The notes beneath the pieces are model-generated. The model was not told the origin of the DNA and made no database searches. It saw only the letters and a list, made by a program, of their open reading frames with translations. Made by a program: the position numbers and the translations under genes. DNA of 64,000 bases from an uncultured Mycoplasmatota bacterium (GTDB lineage Bacteria > Bacillota_I > Bacilli_A > RF39 > UBA660), in assembly GCA_947574255.1 (NCBI GenBank), contig CANPJT010000002.1:273-64272 (forward strand), in the 5' to 3' direction. Each line of letters begins with the position of its first letter. Position 1 is the stretch's first letter. This document shows, piece by piece, positions 20,448 to 30,549 of the stretch.

Positions 20448-20485
20448 AAAAGTTAAAAAAACAGATGATTAATAACTAATCATCT
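20448..20485 (-). terminator. Intrinsic terminator closing the T4SS/Tad locus
   Basis: Minus-strand RNA forms AGAUGAUUA-guuau-UAAUCAUCU followed by GUUUUUUUAAC. The stem overlaps the T4CP stop codon. Confidence 0.6.
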
Positions 20486-22656
20486 ATAAAAAAGTCATCA
20501 AAAAATTCATCGTCAGTTATAACATTATCATTAACTATAACACTATCAACATCTACATTTATTTGCGGTTTATCGTTTGTTTTAGAATCTTTTTCTTCCT
20601 TAAAATCTTTTGGTGTTTCTTTTTTTATAATTTTTTTAGAATCAAAGAAAGGCTTTTCTAAAATATCTTTTTTAGGTTGGTTAGAAATACTTTCCATCTT
20701 CTTTTGACGCATTTCTTCTTCATCTAATTCTTTTAGTTTCTTATCAATATCTGCTATCATTTTATCAATATCTTCATTACTCATCGGAGGATTTTTTGAA
20801 AATGGATTATTTAAAGGATTTCCTAATGGATCCGCAAAAGGATTAGCCATATTATTCATATTTTTAAAAAAAGGAGTATTCATTCCTGGAAGATTTGGCA
20901 TGAATGAATTATTATCTTTATTTTTTTCCATATCTTCCATCATTTTTTTTCTTTTTTCTTCTGAAACATAATTTTTTAGATCAAATAGTTTAATTTCTTT
21001 TTTTTCACGTGTTGGTAATTCTGCTGTTTTTCTTTCAATTCCCCAATTTATTTTAAAATCTGGTTCTAATTTAGTTTTAAATGGATCTTTTCTCAAGCGT
21101 TTTATTATTACTTCAAATAATTTCATTCTTTGTAAATCAGTTACAGTTACAAGAGGAGTTGATGCCGTTTTATCTTTATCTTTTGATTTTACTTCTCCAC
21201 ACATTTTACTTATTTCTTCAAGTGCAGCCATTTCGGTACTTATTAAATAAACTAAGTTACCACAATTACCTTTGATTACTTCAGCAACTTCTTTACCATA
21301 AACATCATTTAATTGAGCAAAGTTTTGAATAATAAATGTAAATCTTATATCACGACTACGGGCAGCAGAAACCATAGAATCAACGTCTTTTAAAGGTGGC
21401 ATATTAGCAAATTCATCAAGAATAAAGTTAGTTCTAAATGGCAGTTTGCCACCTGTTTCTTTTGCAACATCTATTAAAGTTTCATAACATTGTTTAATAA
21501 AAATGGTAAGTAAACTATGATAAGTTGTCTTTTCATCATGGATAATCATAAATACAGCTGTTTTTTCTTTACCAATATCACGCATATCAAAATCACTATA
21601 GGCAAGCATTTCACTTAATAATTCTCGAGAAGCAAAAGTTCTTACTTTTTGTTTAAATGTTGATGTAATACCACCTTGAGTATCTTTCGGAGCATTAACT
21701 GTTCCTGAGGCAAAAATATATGCACTTGATTCTGCACCTTTTAAATTAAAATATTCTTTAATATATGTACCAGCAGCAAACCTTTCTTCTCCAACAGAAC
21801 TCATATAATTAATAGAATTCATATTAACTTCTTCTTCTTTAGCATCCATAAATAAACCTAAAGCCAGTCCAGAGAAATAATCAGCAGCACTATTTTCCCA
21901 AAATGGCTCTCCTTTATTATTAGGATCTTTTACGATATTTAAAGCTACGTCATCTAAAAGTTCTGTTGCTTTATCAACATTACCATTCTTATAATAACGA
22001 TAAGGTAGAGTTAATGGATTCCAAGCGTTACCATTAATAGGATCACGAAAGTTTAAAACAATTATTTTGTATCCCTGCTCTTTTAAATATTCTCCACTAT
22101 ATTTATAAATTTCTCCTTTTGGGTCAGTGATAATCATACTTTCGCCTTTTTTAGCAAGTAAATTAACCATTGGTTTTACTATTGTTTCAGTTTTACCTGA
22201 TCCTGTAGAACCAATTACAAGATTATGATATTCTCCATTATCAACCCAGATATCTTTTCCATTATTTATTAGCGGAATTCCAGCAGCTTCCACTTTAGGG
22301 CTAGTGGCATCAACATGCTCAACGTTTTTGTCTTCTTTCATTTCTTTATCTTTAGACCATCTAGAATATCCTTTTTCTTCTTTATCTTTAATATTTAAAC
22401 CTACTCCATGACCTTTTTCTTTATCAAAAATATAGGAAGAGACGGAAGAAAAAATAATGATTAAAGCAGCGAAGAATATACACATTGTAAGTGTTAAATT
22501 GCTACCTATAAAAGCTGGAAATGGATTTAATCCATAAAAACCACCTTCATTTATAAATGAAGTAAAATTTAAAACCGCAATTGCACAAAGATAAAGTAAA
22601 AATATACAAAATATAACAAAAATCATAAAATCTTTAGGTGATATTCTAAATTTCAT
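20476..22656 (-). CDS. Type IV secretion coupling protein (VirD4/TraG/TcpA-like T4CP)
   Basis: Two N-terminal TM helices, Walker A VIGSTGSGKTE and a Walker B-like FILDEFANMP. 726 aa with a low-complexity C-terminal tail. This is the TraG/VirD4 architecture. Confidence 0.85.
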   Translation of the reverse strand: MKFRISPKDFMIFVIFCIFLLYLCAIAVLNFTSFINEGGFYGLNPFPAFIGSNLTLTMCIFFAALIIIFSSVSSYIFDKEKGHGVGLNIKDKEEKGYSRWSKDKEMKEDKNVEHVDATSPKVEAAGIPLINNGKDIWVDNGEYHNLVIGSTGSGKTETIVKPMVNLLAKKGESMIITDPKGEIYKYSGEYLKEQGYKIIVLNFRDPINGNAWNPLTLPYRYYKNGNVDKATELLDDVALNIVKDPNNKGEPFWENSAADYFSGLALGLFMDAKEEEVNMNSINYMSSVGEERFAAGTYIKEYFNLKGAESSAYIFASGTVNAPKDTQGGITSTFKQKVRTFASRELLSEMLAYSDFDMRDIGKEKTAVFMIIHDEKTTYHSLLTIFIKQCYETLIDVAKETGGKLPFRTNFILDEFANMPPLKDVDSMVSAARSRDIRFTFIIQNFAQLNDVYGKEVAEVIKGNCGNLVYLISTEMAALEEISKMCGEVKSKDKDKTASTPLVTVTDLQRMKLFEVIIKRLRKDPFKTKLEPDFKINWGIERKTAELPTREKKEIKLFDLKNYVSEEKRKKMMEDMEKNKDNNSFMPNLPGMNTPFFKNMNNMANPFADPLGNPLNNPFSKNPPMSNEDIDKMIADIDKKLKELDEEEMRQKKMESISNQPKKDILEKPFFDSKKIIKKETPKDFKEEKDSKTNDKPQINVDVDSVIVNDNVITDDEFFDDFFIDD

Positions 22657-22752
22657 TCATCATTCCTCCGTTTATAACATTATTAATTATACTATAATTT
22701 TTTATTTATTCAAAGTTAATTATTTTAGCTGCCTACATTATACTACATGCAA

Positions 22753-22789
22753 ACAAAAAAAAGAATACTTAAATTTAATTTGTATTCTT
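22753..22789 (-). terminator. Intrinsic terminator between the lipoprotein gene and the T4CP gene
   Basis: Minus-strand RNA forms AAGAAUAC-(13 nt)-GUAUUCUU followed by an 8-U run. Confidence 0.6.
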
Positions 22790-22792
22790 GTA

Positions 22793-23476
22793 TTATTTGT
22801 TATTTTTAGTTTTATATACTATTAGTCCAATTAAAATCAAGAAAAAAACGGCTAAAAATATAAATATTATTGGAGATGGAGTTTTAGATCTATTAATTTC
22901 ATTTGCTTCTTTTTCTTTTTTAAATTTGATAATAATTCCACTATTTTCATAATTATCTCTTGTTATATTCCATTCATATGTATTGCCATTAATTTTACTA
23001 GCATTATGAGTAACTACAGGATTGGCAATATTTATTTTGATATTAACTTCATTTAAACTAGGATAATTTTCCATACATAAGAATTTGGAACTAGTTGATA
23101 AAGAAATTGTTTTTTCTTTTTCATCTTTATTTACATAAAAGCTTTCATAACAAGTTTTTATTGAATTATTATCATAAATATTTTCACTATTAAATTTATA
23201 GGATAACTTTTTTAGATAATAGTTGTTATTTAATACTAAATTAGATTTATAGTATTCTACACCTTCTAATTCTTCTGGATATTCTCCTGAATCTAAATCA
23301 CTATAAAGGGCTTTTATTGGCCAAGGATCATTAAATAATGATTGGCTTTCACTATCGTTTTCTGCTTGAATATAAATACTTTCATCAAATTCATTATTTT
23401 CATTGATTGTAAGATTATAATCAACACTACAACCTGTTAGTAAAACTAGTATTAATAATAAACTAAGTTTCTTCAT
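22793..23476 (-). CDS. Lipoprotein with a C-terminal TM anchor (T4SS accessory, unknown role)
   Basis: MKKLSLLLILVLLTGCS (lipobox) and a C-terminal helix (PSPIIFIFLAVFFLILIGLIVY). The track start at 23494 is probably too long; I prefer the Met at 23474-23476. Confidence 0.65.
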   Translation of the reverse strand: MKKLSLLLILVLLTGCSVDYNLTINENNEFDESIYIQAENDSESQSLFNDPWPIKALYSDLDSGEYPEELEGVEYYKSNLVLNNNYYLKKLSYKFNSENIYDNNSIKTCYESFYVNKDEKEKTISLSTSSKFLCMENYPSLNEVNIKINIANPVVTHNASKINGNTYEWNITRDNYENSGIIIKFKKEKEANEINRSKTPSPIIFIFLAVFFLILIGLIVYKTKNNK

Positions 23477-25787
23477 TGGACCCTCCTCTTGCATTACACA
23501 TATTAGTAAAGTCTGAATTTCTAGCAGCTGTACTATAATAATTACTCATAAGTGCAAGTTTTCTATTAGCACTAAATGGTACTTTACTAAATACTACTCC
23601 ATAAGCTTGTCCCTGAGCATGAACTACAGTATAATATTCTTCTTCTTGATGAATAGCTGTTATAATTACAATATGATTAAATCCTCGACTTCCAGGAGTA
23701 ACAATAAAATCGCCAATTTGAGCTCGTTCATCACCTAAATTTGTTATTTCTCCTAAGCTACCCCAACCAGTTGCACCTAAACCTTTCCAAGAAAATCCAA
23801 CATTATAAAGTGCCCAGTTAACGAATCCAGAACAATCTGGTCCTGTTGGACCAAAATCAGGTCCATTTGGTCCCCAAGCTGCAGGAACTCCATATGTACT
23901 TGGTGCAGAACCATGCATTCCACCCCAAATATAATTGAATTTTTTACCATATTTAGCTAATTCGGAAACTGCAGTTGCCGCAACATATGCTACTCCTGTT
24001 CCTGTTCCTTGATGTTTACATCCATAGTCAATTATTTTGTTATTATATTCTTCTAAAGAAGAGTTTTGACTAATAAGAAACGATTCTATAGTTTCATTTA
24101 AAAATGTTGCTCCCTCAGTTGATCCATCCAATCCAGCTCCAGCATCACAATTATCTCCACCTAAATTAAATATAGCCATACGATGATTAATCATCTTTTT
24201 AGCTTGCCAATCAATATAAGCTTGTTTTTCTTCATCAGTTGTTAAAATACATCCTGCTCCACCATTAGAACTTGCACATCTATAACTAGGATTACACCTA
24301 CTATAATTAGGTCCAAAAATATCAGCTAATGTTAAATAATAACATCCACCATCATCAGAGCTTCCAGGATTAGCTAAATATGTACCAATATAAGAATATA
24401 CCTTAGTAAAAGCATCTAAACTTCCTTTATCATGAACATATTGTAGCATTTTTTTGACACCATCTTCAAAGGTATCAAAACACACTCCAGTCAATTGACC
24501 ATTATAAACTCCATAACCATAAAAATTATTACAACTAAGAGTAAAATTATTATCTCTCCAACCATATTCTTTTCTTGCAATAATATAAATTAATTCAGGA
24601 TTGGCTTCCATTTCTTTACCCAAATCATAAATTTTTCCAGCATTTTCAGTAAATATACGTGCTGTTGTTGTATTTACATTGGCTAAATGTGCTGTAACTA
24701 AAGAAATAAATTCTTCTTTACTTAATGGAGTTTCAAAAAAATTTATTTCTGAACAATCTGAATTAGCGGTTCCAGTTTTAATAGTATAGTATTCAATATC
24801 TTTACCATAATAGTATTCTAAAACTCTATATAAATCATATAAAGAATCTTTTTTTTCAAGTAAGTATTTAGAGCCATAAAGACTTAATGATTCTAAATTA
24901 GTAGAATTTAAAACTTTTTTGGTTGGAACATTTTTTTCTTCTACCCAAGAAGCAGGGATAATTTGTCCACCTTCCTTATTTTTATTCATCATGTAATAGA
25001 CACCAATATTTTCTTTTCCATCAACATTTTCTTGAGATTTTTTGATATAAGAAAAAGTATCATATTTGGCATCAATTGCTTTTTCTCCACGAGCTATTAT
25101 TAAGCCACCTGTACTATTTACCGCTTTATTTATATCTTCGTATTTTTCTTCGCTACCAGTTAATTCAGTAAAGTTTTCCGAATTATGTTCTTTTAAAACA
25201 ACACAATTTTCAGGGATAGAAGAAATGATTCTACTACGAGTAGCAATACTCATTAATTCATAAACAACCTTGTTATCTACATCATGAGCATTTTGATTAT
25301 CTTGCCAAATTATTCCTGCAATATATTTGTTTATATCATAATCTTTATAACTAAAACGAGTAGTATCATTTATATCAACATCTTCTGGATTCGTTATAGG
25401 TGAATAACTATTTGATTTTTTATATTCATCAGTTTCTGATACTAAATGTATTCTATTACACTTATTATTTCCAGAATACATTTCAGCTTTTGGAATAGTT
25501 GTTCCACCCATATCAAAATCCATTGCAATAATAATTATCATAAAAATGAGTATTATGACAATAATTATGCCAATTACGAGAAAAGGATGAGTCAATAAAA
25601 AGGCTAAAATTTTCTTCTTTATAAAAGCCTTAACTTTAGCTTTTTTTTTCTCTTCCTCATCTTTTTCTTCATTTAATGAATCATTTGTTTCTGGTTCGTT
25701 TTCAGCTGGTTGTGTTTTTTCTAAATTATTATCAGAACCATTTTCTAATTCTTCTGATTCATTATCTAACTCTTCATCGTAGTTCAT
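23463..25787 (-). CDS. Bifunctional cell-wall hydrolase (muramidase/glucosaminidase-like + NlpC/P60), CwlT/TcpG/PrgK-like
   Basis: Acidic N-terminus and one TM helix. The middle domain reads IIARKEYGWRDNNF...NNFYGYG (glycosidase-like with a catalytic Glu). The C-terminal NlpC/P60 domain reads YIWGGMHG...GPDCSGFVNWALYNVGF...NHIVII. Confidence 0.8.
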   Translation of the reverse strand: MNYDEELDNESEELENGSDNNLEKTQPAENEPETNDSLNEEKDEEEKKKAKVKAFIKKKILAFLLTHPFLVIGIIIVIILIFMIIIIAMDFDMGGTTIPKAEMYSGNNKCNRIHLVSETDEYKKSNSYSPITNPEDVDINDTTRFSYKDYDINKYIAGIIWQDNQNAHDVDNKVVYELMSIATRSRIISSIPENCVVLKEHNSENFTELTGSEEKYEDINKAVNSTGGLIIARGEKAIDAKYDTFSYIKKSQENVDGKENIGVYYMMNKNKEGGQIIPASWVEEKNVPTKKVLNSTNLESLSLYGSKYLLEKKDSLYDLYRVLEYYYGKDIEYYTIKTGTANSDCSEINFFETPLSKEEFISLVTAHLANVNTTTARIFTENAGKIYDLGKEMEANPELIYIIARKEYGWRDNNFTLSCNNFYGYGVYNGQLTGVCFDTFEDGVKKMLQYVHDKGSLDAFTKVYSYIGTYLANPGSSDDGGCYYLTLADIFGPNYSRCNPSYRCASSNGGAGCILTTDEEKQAYIDWQAKKMINHRMAIFNLGGDNCDAGAGLDGSTEGATFLNETIESFLISQNSSLEEYNNKIIDYGCKHQGTGTGVAYVAATAVSELAKYGKKFNYIWGGMHGSAPSTYGVPAAWGPNGPDFGPTGPDCSGFVNWALYNVGFSWKGLGATGWGSLGEITNLGDERAQIGDFIVTPGSRGFNHIVIITAIHQEEEYYTVVHAQGQAYGVVFSKVPFSANRKLALMSNYYSTAARNSDFTNMCNARGGSNEET

Positions 25788-25808
25788 TATATCACCTACT
25801 TTTTACTG

Positions 25809-27593
25809 CTATAATCCTCCACCTGATCCAAATGAATCTAATTCTTCTTGAGTTACAACAATATTTATTCGCATTCTTCTGTTACCACAAACAAATAGTC
25901 CTTCTCCTTGATTATAATATTTTATACTATCTTTTTCATTATCATTTAAATCAATTAATTTTGATAAATCATCTGTTGCTTGTTTACGAAGTCCCATAAT
26001 TAAATAATAAGAGGCATTATCAAATATTGCTTTACCATGAACTATTACATTAGGTGCAGCAAAATCAGTTGGTTGTTGAGTTATAATGATAGTTCCAGTA
26101 TTGTATTTACGACTACGTCTTTGGATTTGAGCTAAGAATTCAGCGCCAAGTTCATTTTTAGTAGACATAAGAACATGAGCTTCGTCAACACACATAACAG
26201 TATCTATATTTTTATCAAGACAAAGTCCCCAAGCATATTTCAAAATATTAAAAAATAAGGCATTTTTAATATTTTCATCACTATTCATTAGTTCACGAAT
26301 ATTAAAAACAATAAAATCGCTTTGAATATTCAATGTTGTATGACCAGTAAAATAATATCTTAATTCTTTAACAAGTGGTCTAACTTTTAGTTCTAAACGT
26401 TCCATGACATCTCGTTCATGAGTTTGTTCAGGCATCGATAAAATTCGCCCTTTAATAGTTGCATAAACATCATCAAAGGTTGGATAATCACTTGCTTTAA
26501 ATTTAGTAAAGTCAGAGTCATAATCAATTTTATAACGTTTATAAGTATCTTGTACTACTTCACTAAACATGGTTAGTACATCTTCTTCAATTGATGGTGA
26601 GTAATATTTCATGAAAGCTTTTAGTTGTTGTAAAGTTCTAGTTAAAACTGTATAACCTAGACCTTGTTCAATTTCTTCTTCATCAGCATCAACAACAATT
26701 TCAAGAGGATTAATCATTCCAAAATCTCCACCTTTACCAAGATCTAAGAAATCTCCTCCAATACTTCGAGTCATTTCAGCAAGCTCACCTTCAGGATCAA
26801 TACAAATTACTTTATAACCATTTCTTAAATGACTTCTAATTAATAATTTTGCTGCGGTTGATTTTCCACTTCCGCTTGTCCCCAACATAATCATATTAGC
26901 ATTGTTACGATTGTTTTCTTTTTTTATTTTATATAAGAATTGATTAAATAAAACTACTCCTCCAGAGAAATCAACACCAAATAATACACTATTTCCTGGA
27001 TCTTTAATACTATCGAAAATAAAGGGATACATGGCTGCCATCGTAACTGATGGTATTGGTGTTCCTACACGATTTTCAATATCTTGTTTAGGGAATATTG
27101 GAATTATTGATTTTAATGCTTTTTCTTGTTCAAACATTAATGATACACCACGCATACCAAGACCATCTAAATAGTTACGAACTTGCATTTTTTTCATTTC
27201 TAATTCTTCTTTGCTATCAGCAGCTATAAAAACATGCATTTGAAAATCAAAAATACGAGCTTGAGTAGCAGCAAGCATTTGAATAAACTGTTCTAATGAT
27301 TCATAATCTTGTCTAATTCTTTCTTGAATAGTACGATCATTCTCTGTTTGAAATCTTTGCTTTAAATCAGCAATTTCTTTATTTAACATTTTTTGTAATG
27401 TTGAAAATTCAATAGGAATATGTTTTATAGCAATTTTAACACCAGATATATTTGTTAAATTGGCTAAATAGCCTTCTGATATATATTTTGGAAAAGTAAT
27501 TATTGTTAATATTGTACAAAATTTTCCACTAATTACCATTTCCGTTGGTTTAAATTCTATACCTTTTGGGGCTAATTGACTTTTTATGTTCAT
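25809..27593 (-). CDS. VirB4-family T4SS ATPase, C-terminal ~3/4 (ConE/TcpF/PrgJ-like)
   Basis: Walker A MLGTSGSGKST, Walker B VMCVDEAH and IIITQQP. Its start codon overlaps the stop of 27590-28153 in an ATGA arrangement. Confidence 0.85.
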   Translation of the reverse strand: MNIKSQLAPKGIEFKPTEMVISGKFCTILTIITFPKYISEGYLANLTNISGVKIAIKHIPIEFSTLQKMLNKEIADLKQRFQTENDRTIQERIRQDYESLEQFIQMLAATQARIFDFQMHVFIAADSKEELEMKKMQVRNYLDGLGMRGVSLMFEQEKALKSIIPIFPKQDIENRVGTPIPSVTMAAMYPFIFDSIKDPGNSVLFGVDFSGGVVLFNQFLYKIKKENNRNNANMIMLGTSGSGKSTAAKLLIRSHLRNGYKVICIDPEGELAEMTRSIGGDFLDLGKGGDFGMINPLEIVVDADEEEIEQGLGYTVLTRTLQQLKAFMKYYSPSIEEDVLTMFSEVVQDTYKRYKIDYDSDFTKFKASDYPTFDDVYATIKGRILSMPEQTHERDVMERLELKVRPLVKELRYYFTGHTTLNIQSDFIVFNIRELMNSDENIKNALFFNILKYAWGLCLDKNIDTVMCVDEAHVLMSTKNELGAEFLAQIQRRSRKYNTGTIIITQQPTDFAAPNVIVHGKAIFDNASYYLIMGLRKQATDDLSKLIDLNDNEKDSIKYYNQGEGLFVCGNRRMRINIVVTQEELDSFGSGGGL

Positions 27594-28153
27594 TCTGGCA
27601 TCACCGTTCCTAAACTTGTTGGCTTACCGCCATTAAAGAAATTGTCGATAAGCATACGTAAATCATTATTTGATACTTGAGTTGATGTAAGACCACATGT
27701 GGATAGATTTGCAATAAGATTGTGAATTCTTTTTTGAATAGTTTCCATTTTTTTATCCTTGAATAAGATGAAATATTCTGTATCTACAACACTATATTCT
27801 GCACTCATAAACATATTGGCCTTATTAATATCTTGCATTATCAATTTACGCATGGTGCCATTTGAGGCATTGTTATATAAAAGTTGAAGTTGAGATAAAT
27901 AAATATTGATGTCAACTGGTCTATCTGCGACAATTAACCAAAATTCATAATCTATCATGTTATAAAAATTTCTTAAATTATAGATAACATTTTCTTGAGT
28001 TCCACGATCTAAGATAAAGATATTTCTTGGAGTAACTTTGACCCCTGTTACATATTCTCCACTATCTAGTTGAATCATTCCATTTAAGATTTGTTTTACT
28101 GGAATCCAATCTTCTGCATATTTACTAATAACTTTAGCATTTTTATTTTTCAT
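27590..28153 (-). CDS. VirB4 N-terminal-domain-like protein (separate ORF)
   Basis: 187 aa. DWIPVKQILNGMIQLDSGEYVTGVKVTPRNIFILD resembles the N-terminal region that is normally fused to Gram-positive VirB4 ATPases. It is translationally coupled (ATGA) to 25809-27593. Confidence 0.6.
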   Translation of the reverse strand: MKNKNAKVISKYAEDWIPVKQILNGMIQLDSGEYVTGVKVTPRNIFILDRGTQENVIYNLRNFYNMIDYEFWLIVADRPVDINIYLSQLQLLYNNASNGTMRKLIMQDINKANMFMSAEYSVVDTEYFILFKDKKMETIQKRIHNLIANLSTCGLTSTQVSNNDLRMLIDNFFNGGKPTSLGTVMPE

Positions 28154-28454
28154 CGTTTATACACCACCCTTTCCAATAATATCTTTTTCTTCCCATTATG
28201 AATGTTACAATGTTAGTTATTAATTGTAATACATTATGGTAATTTGGAACTGGCATTACTAAGAATGAAGCAATTAGTGCTGGGGATAATATTAATAATA
28301 TTGAGCTAATACTCATTGCAGAATTAAATATAAATAACATTACAAGTGTAAATAAACATCCTGTTGCAAAAATTATTAAATCAATCCATGTAAACCAACC
28401 TAATATTAATTTTGATTTCTTAGAATTAGCGGGAATTAAGTAATTAGTATTCAT
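28143..28454 (-). CDS. VirB3-like/PrgI-family small membrane protein
   Basis: 103 aa with two TM helices, sitting immediately upstream of VirB4. Size, topology and position are as in Gram-positive T4SSs. Confidence 0.6.
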   Translation of the reverse strand: MNTNYLIPANSKKSKLILGWFTWIDLIIFATGCLFTLVMLFIFNSAMSISSILLILSPALIASFLVMPVPNYHNVLQLITNIVTFIMGRKRYYWKGWCINDEK

Positions 28455-28476
28455 TTAAGTTTCCTCCTTTTTATCT

Positions 28477-30531
28477 TTATTTATTATTATTTGCTTCTTG
28501 GCGTTTTTGTGCTTCTTTATATTCAACAGACATTTGATCTCTTCTTAATTGATCTGAAGCTTTCTTTTTTTGATGACTCATACCATCTTTTGTTTGACTA
28601 GCCGCAGTATGAGTGAAATCTACAACTGTACCACTAATACTGTCAATATACTGCCCAGAAAGAGTATCATATTCTACATTTCTTAAACTGCTTCCTTCTA
28701 TCATTTTATATAAATCATCTGCTTCTACAATTCTGTTCGTACTTTTATCAATTATTTGATTTCCTTTTAATTTTAAATTTTCTACCATTGACACATCAAT
28801 CCCGATGTCTTTTGCATATTCTGGATTTTGTTTAGCTATTTGAGCGATATTATACATTGCATATGCGGCAGATTGTGAATTATTTCTAATAGAATCCATT
28901 CTAGACTTTAACATATTTCCTTTTAATTGATCAATTGCAGCAGCTACACTTTGTCCTTCATAAGTTGTTACACCTGACGCTTTTAAAGCTTCGTATTTTT
29001 GCAATTGATTTTTCATCGCATTATAATTAGGATTCTCATAAATTGCCTCATATTCTTTATAGCTATTTTTAAACTCCTCTTCAAATTTAGTCTTTCTTAA
29101 AATACTTGCAGCACCTCCTGTTGCCCAATTTTTAATACCTAAACCACTATCTGCTATATGTCCTGCTAAAACCCCTTTAATTGTTCCACCATGGTTAGCT
29201 TTATAAGATTCTCTTTTATTTCTGTTTTCAATAGTTTGAGTAACTCCTTTACTAGCACTATTTCGCATATCAGTAAAGTTTTTAGCACTTCTTGCTCCAT
29301 ATCCTCCTCTTGCTGCACCTGAAAATCCTCCAGCGACACCACTTAGTGCTCCGCCAAATAAGTTTCTAGCAACACTTCCAGCAGTTACATTTCCTGCTGC
29401 ATTTTTCCAGTTATTTTTGTTTGCCCATTTGTTACTTAAATTTCTCACCATCGATGTTGCTCCTGCACCAATTAAACCACCAGCAACAAAAGCACCACCA
29501 TCTGCTAATTTTTGGCGTACACCAAGTTTTATATTTCCAGCATCTACTCCAATTATTTCGCCAATCAATTTTGGCGCTTGTTTACCAAACGCAAATATAC
29601 CTAAAATGACTATTATTTTGCCAAATAATCCTAATCCCTTTAAATTTATTATATTTGTGAGTATCTGTGAACATAAAAATGCTATTATGAACATTATAAA
29701 TATTCGAACAAATACCTCGAAATAAGTTGCAGACACTTTTTTAACATAATTATCAAAAACACTCTTTTTCTCAGGTATTATTCGCATCATAATTGGAATT
29801 GGAGATATAATTTGATAAAATGCTAATTTTACTACTCTAACTCCCATATCTAAACAAAAAGAGAAAATTACATATACTAAAAAGGCCCCACATAAAGTTC
29901 CTATAAGAGGGGTGTAAGATGCTTCATCTGGATTATCTGCAATAACTTCAGTTGCATATGTTATGTCTAAAAAACTTACTTCTTCTATATCATTAGCAAT
30001 TATCGCCTCTTTTAAATCTCCCCAAGTATCAAAATCTTTATGGCTTATTTCAGCATCTTCTGGTAAGTTTTGAGCAAATGATTCAAAAAGAGTCAATGCT
30101 GTTCTTCTTCCTACAGAAGTTAAGTCATTATTTGTATTTCCAAATACTATTTTATCAATTATACCATCTTCAATTATAATATTTTGAATTCTAAATGCAT
30201 ATGTAAATAAACTAGGTACTATAGCAATTAAAATAAGAGAAATAATTAAATTTGTTACAATTTTACCTGTACCTTTAGTTAAGTCATCAGGATTTACAAG
30301 GGCTTTTAACAATGAATAAGCTAGATAAAATAACATTACTACTCCAATAATAACTAAAAATCGGTTAGCTATTTCTTCATAGACTTTATCTGTTATAAAT
30401 TCTGTACTAGCTAAGGAATAAAAAAGATCATATAATTCACTAATTAGCCAGTAAACTAAAGAATCTAAAAGCATAAAGAAACCATTTAAACCATGAGTAA
30501 AAATATTGCTTAAAATTCCAAGAGTTAGCAT
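28477..30531 (-). CDS. VirB6-like polytopic T4SS membrane protein (ConG/TcpH/TrbL-like)
   Basis: 684 aa with at least 6 hydrophobic helices in the N-terminal ~400 aa. These are followed by Gly-rich stretches (GGLIGAGATS, GGALSGVAGGFSGAARGGYG) and a soluble tail. It sits next to the VirB3/VirB4 genes. Confidence 0.6.
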   Translation of the reverse strand: MLTLGILSNIFTHGLNGFFMLLDSLVYWLISELYDLFYSLASTEFITDKVYEEIANRFLVIIGVVMLFYLAYSLLKALVNPDDLTKGTGKIVTNLIISLILIAIVPSLFTYAFRIQNIIIEDGIIDKIVFGNTNNDLTSVGRRTALTLFESFAQNLPEDAEISHKDFDTWGDLKEAIIANDIEEVSFLDITYATEVIADNPDEASYTPLIGTLCGAFLVYVIFSFCLDMGVRVVKLAFYQIISPIPIMMRIIPEKKSVFDNYVKKVSATYFEVFVRIFIMFIIAFLCSQILTNIINLKGLGLFGKIIVILGIFAFGKQAPKLIGEIIGVDAGNIKLGVRQKLADGGAFVAGGLIGAGATSMVRNLSNKWANKNNWKNAAGNVTAGSVARNLFGGALSGVAGGFSGAARGGYGARSAKNFTDMRNSASKGVTQTIENRNKRESYKANHGGTIKGVLAGHIADSGLGIKNWATGGAASILRKTKFEEEFKNSYKEYEAIYENPNYNAMKNQLQKYEALKASGVTTYEGQSVAAAIDQLKGNMLKSRMDSIRNNSQSAAYAMYNIAQIAKQNPEYAKDIGIDVSMVENLKLKGNQIIDKSTNRIVEADDLYKMIEGSSLRNVEYDTLSGQYIDSISGTVVDFTHTAASQTKDGMSHQKKKASDQLRRDQMSVEYKEAQKRQEANNNK

Positions 30532-30549
30532 GTGTCATACTCCTTTCTA

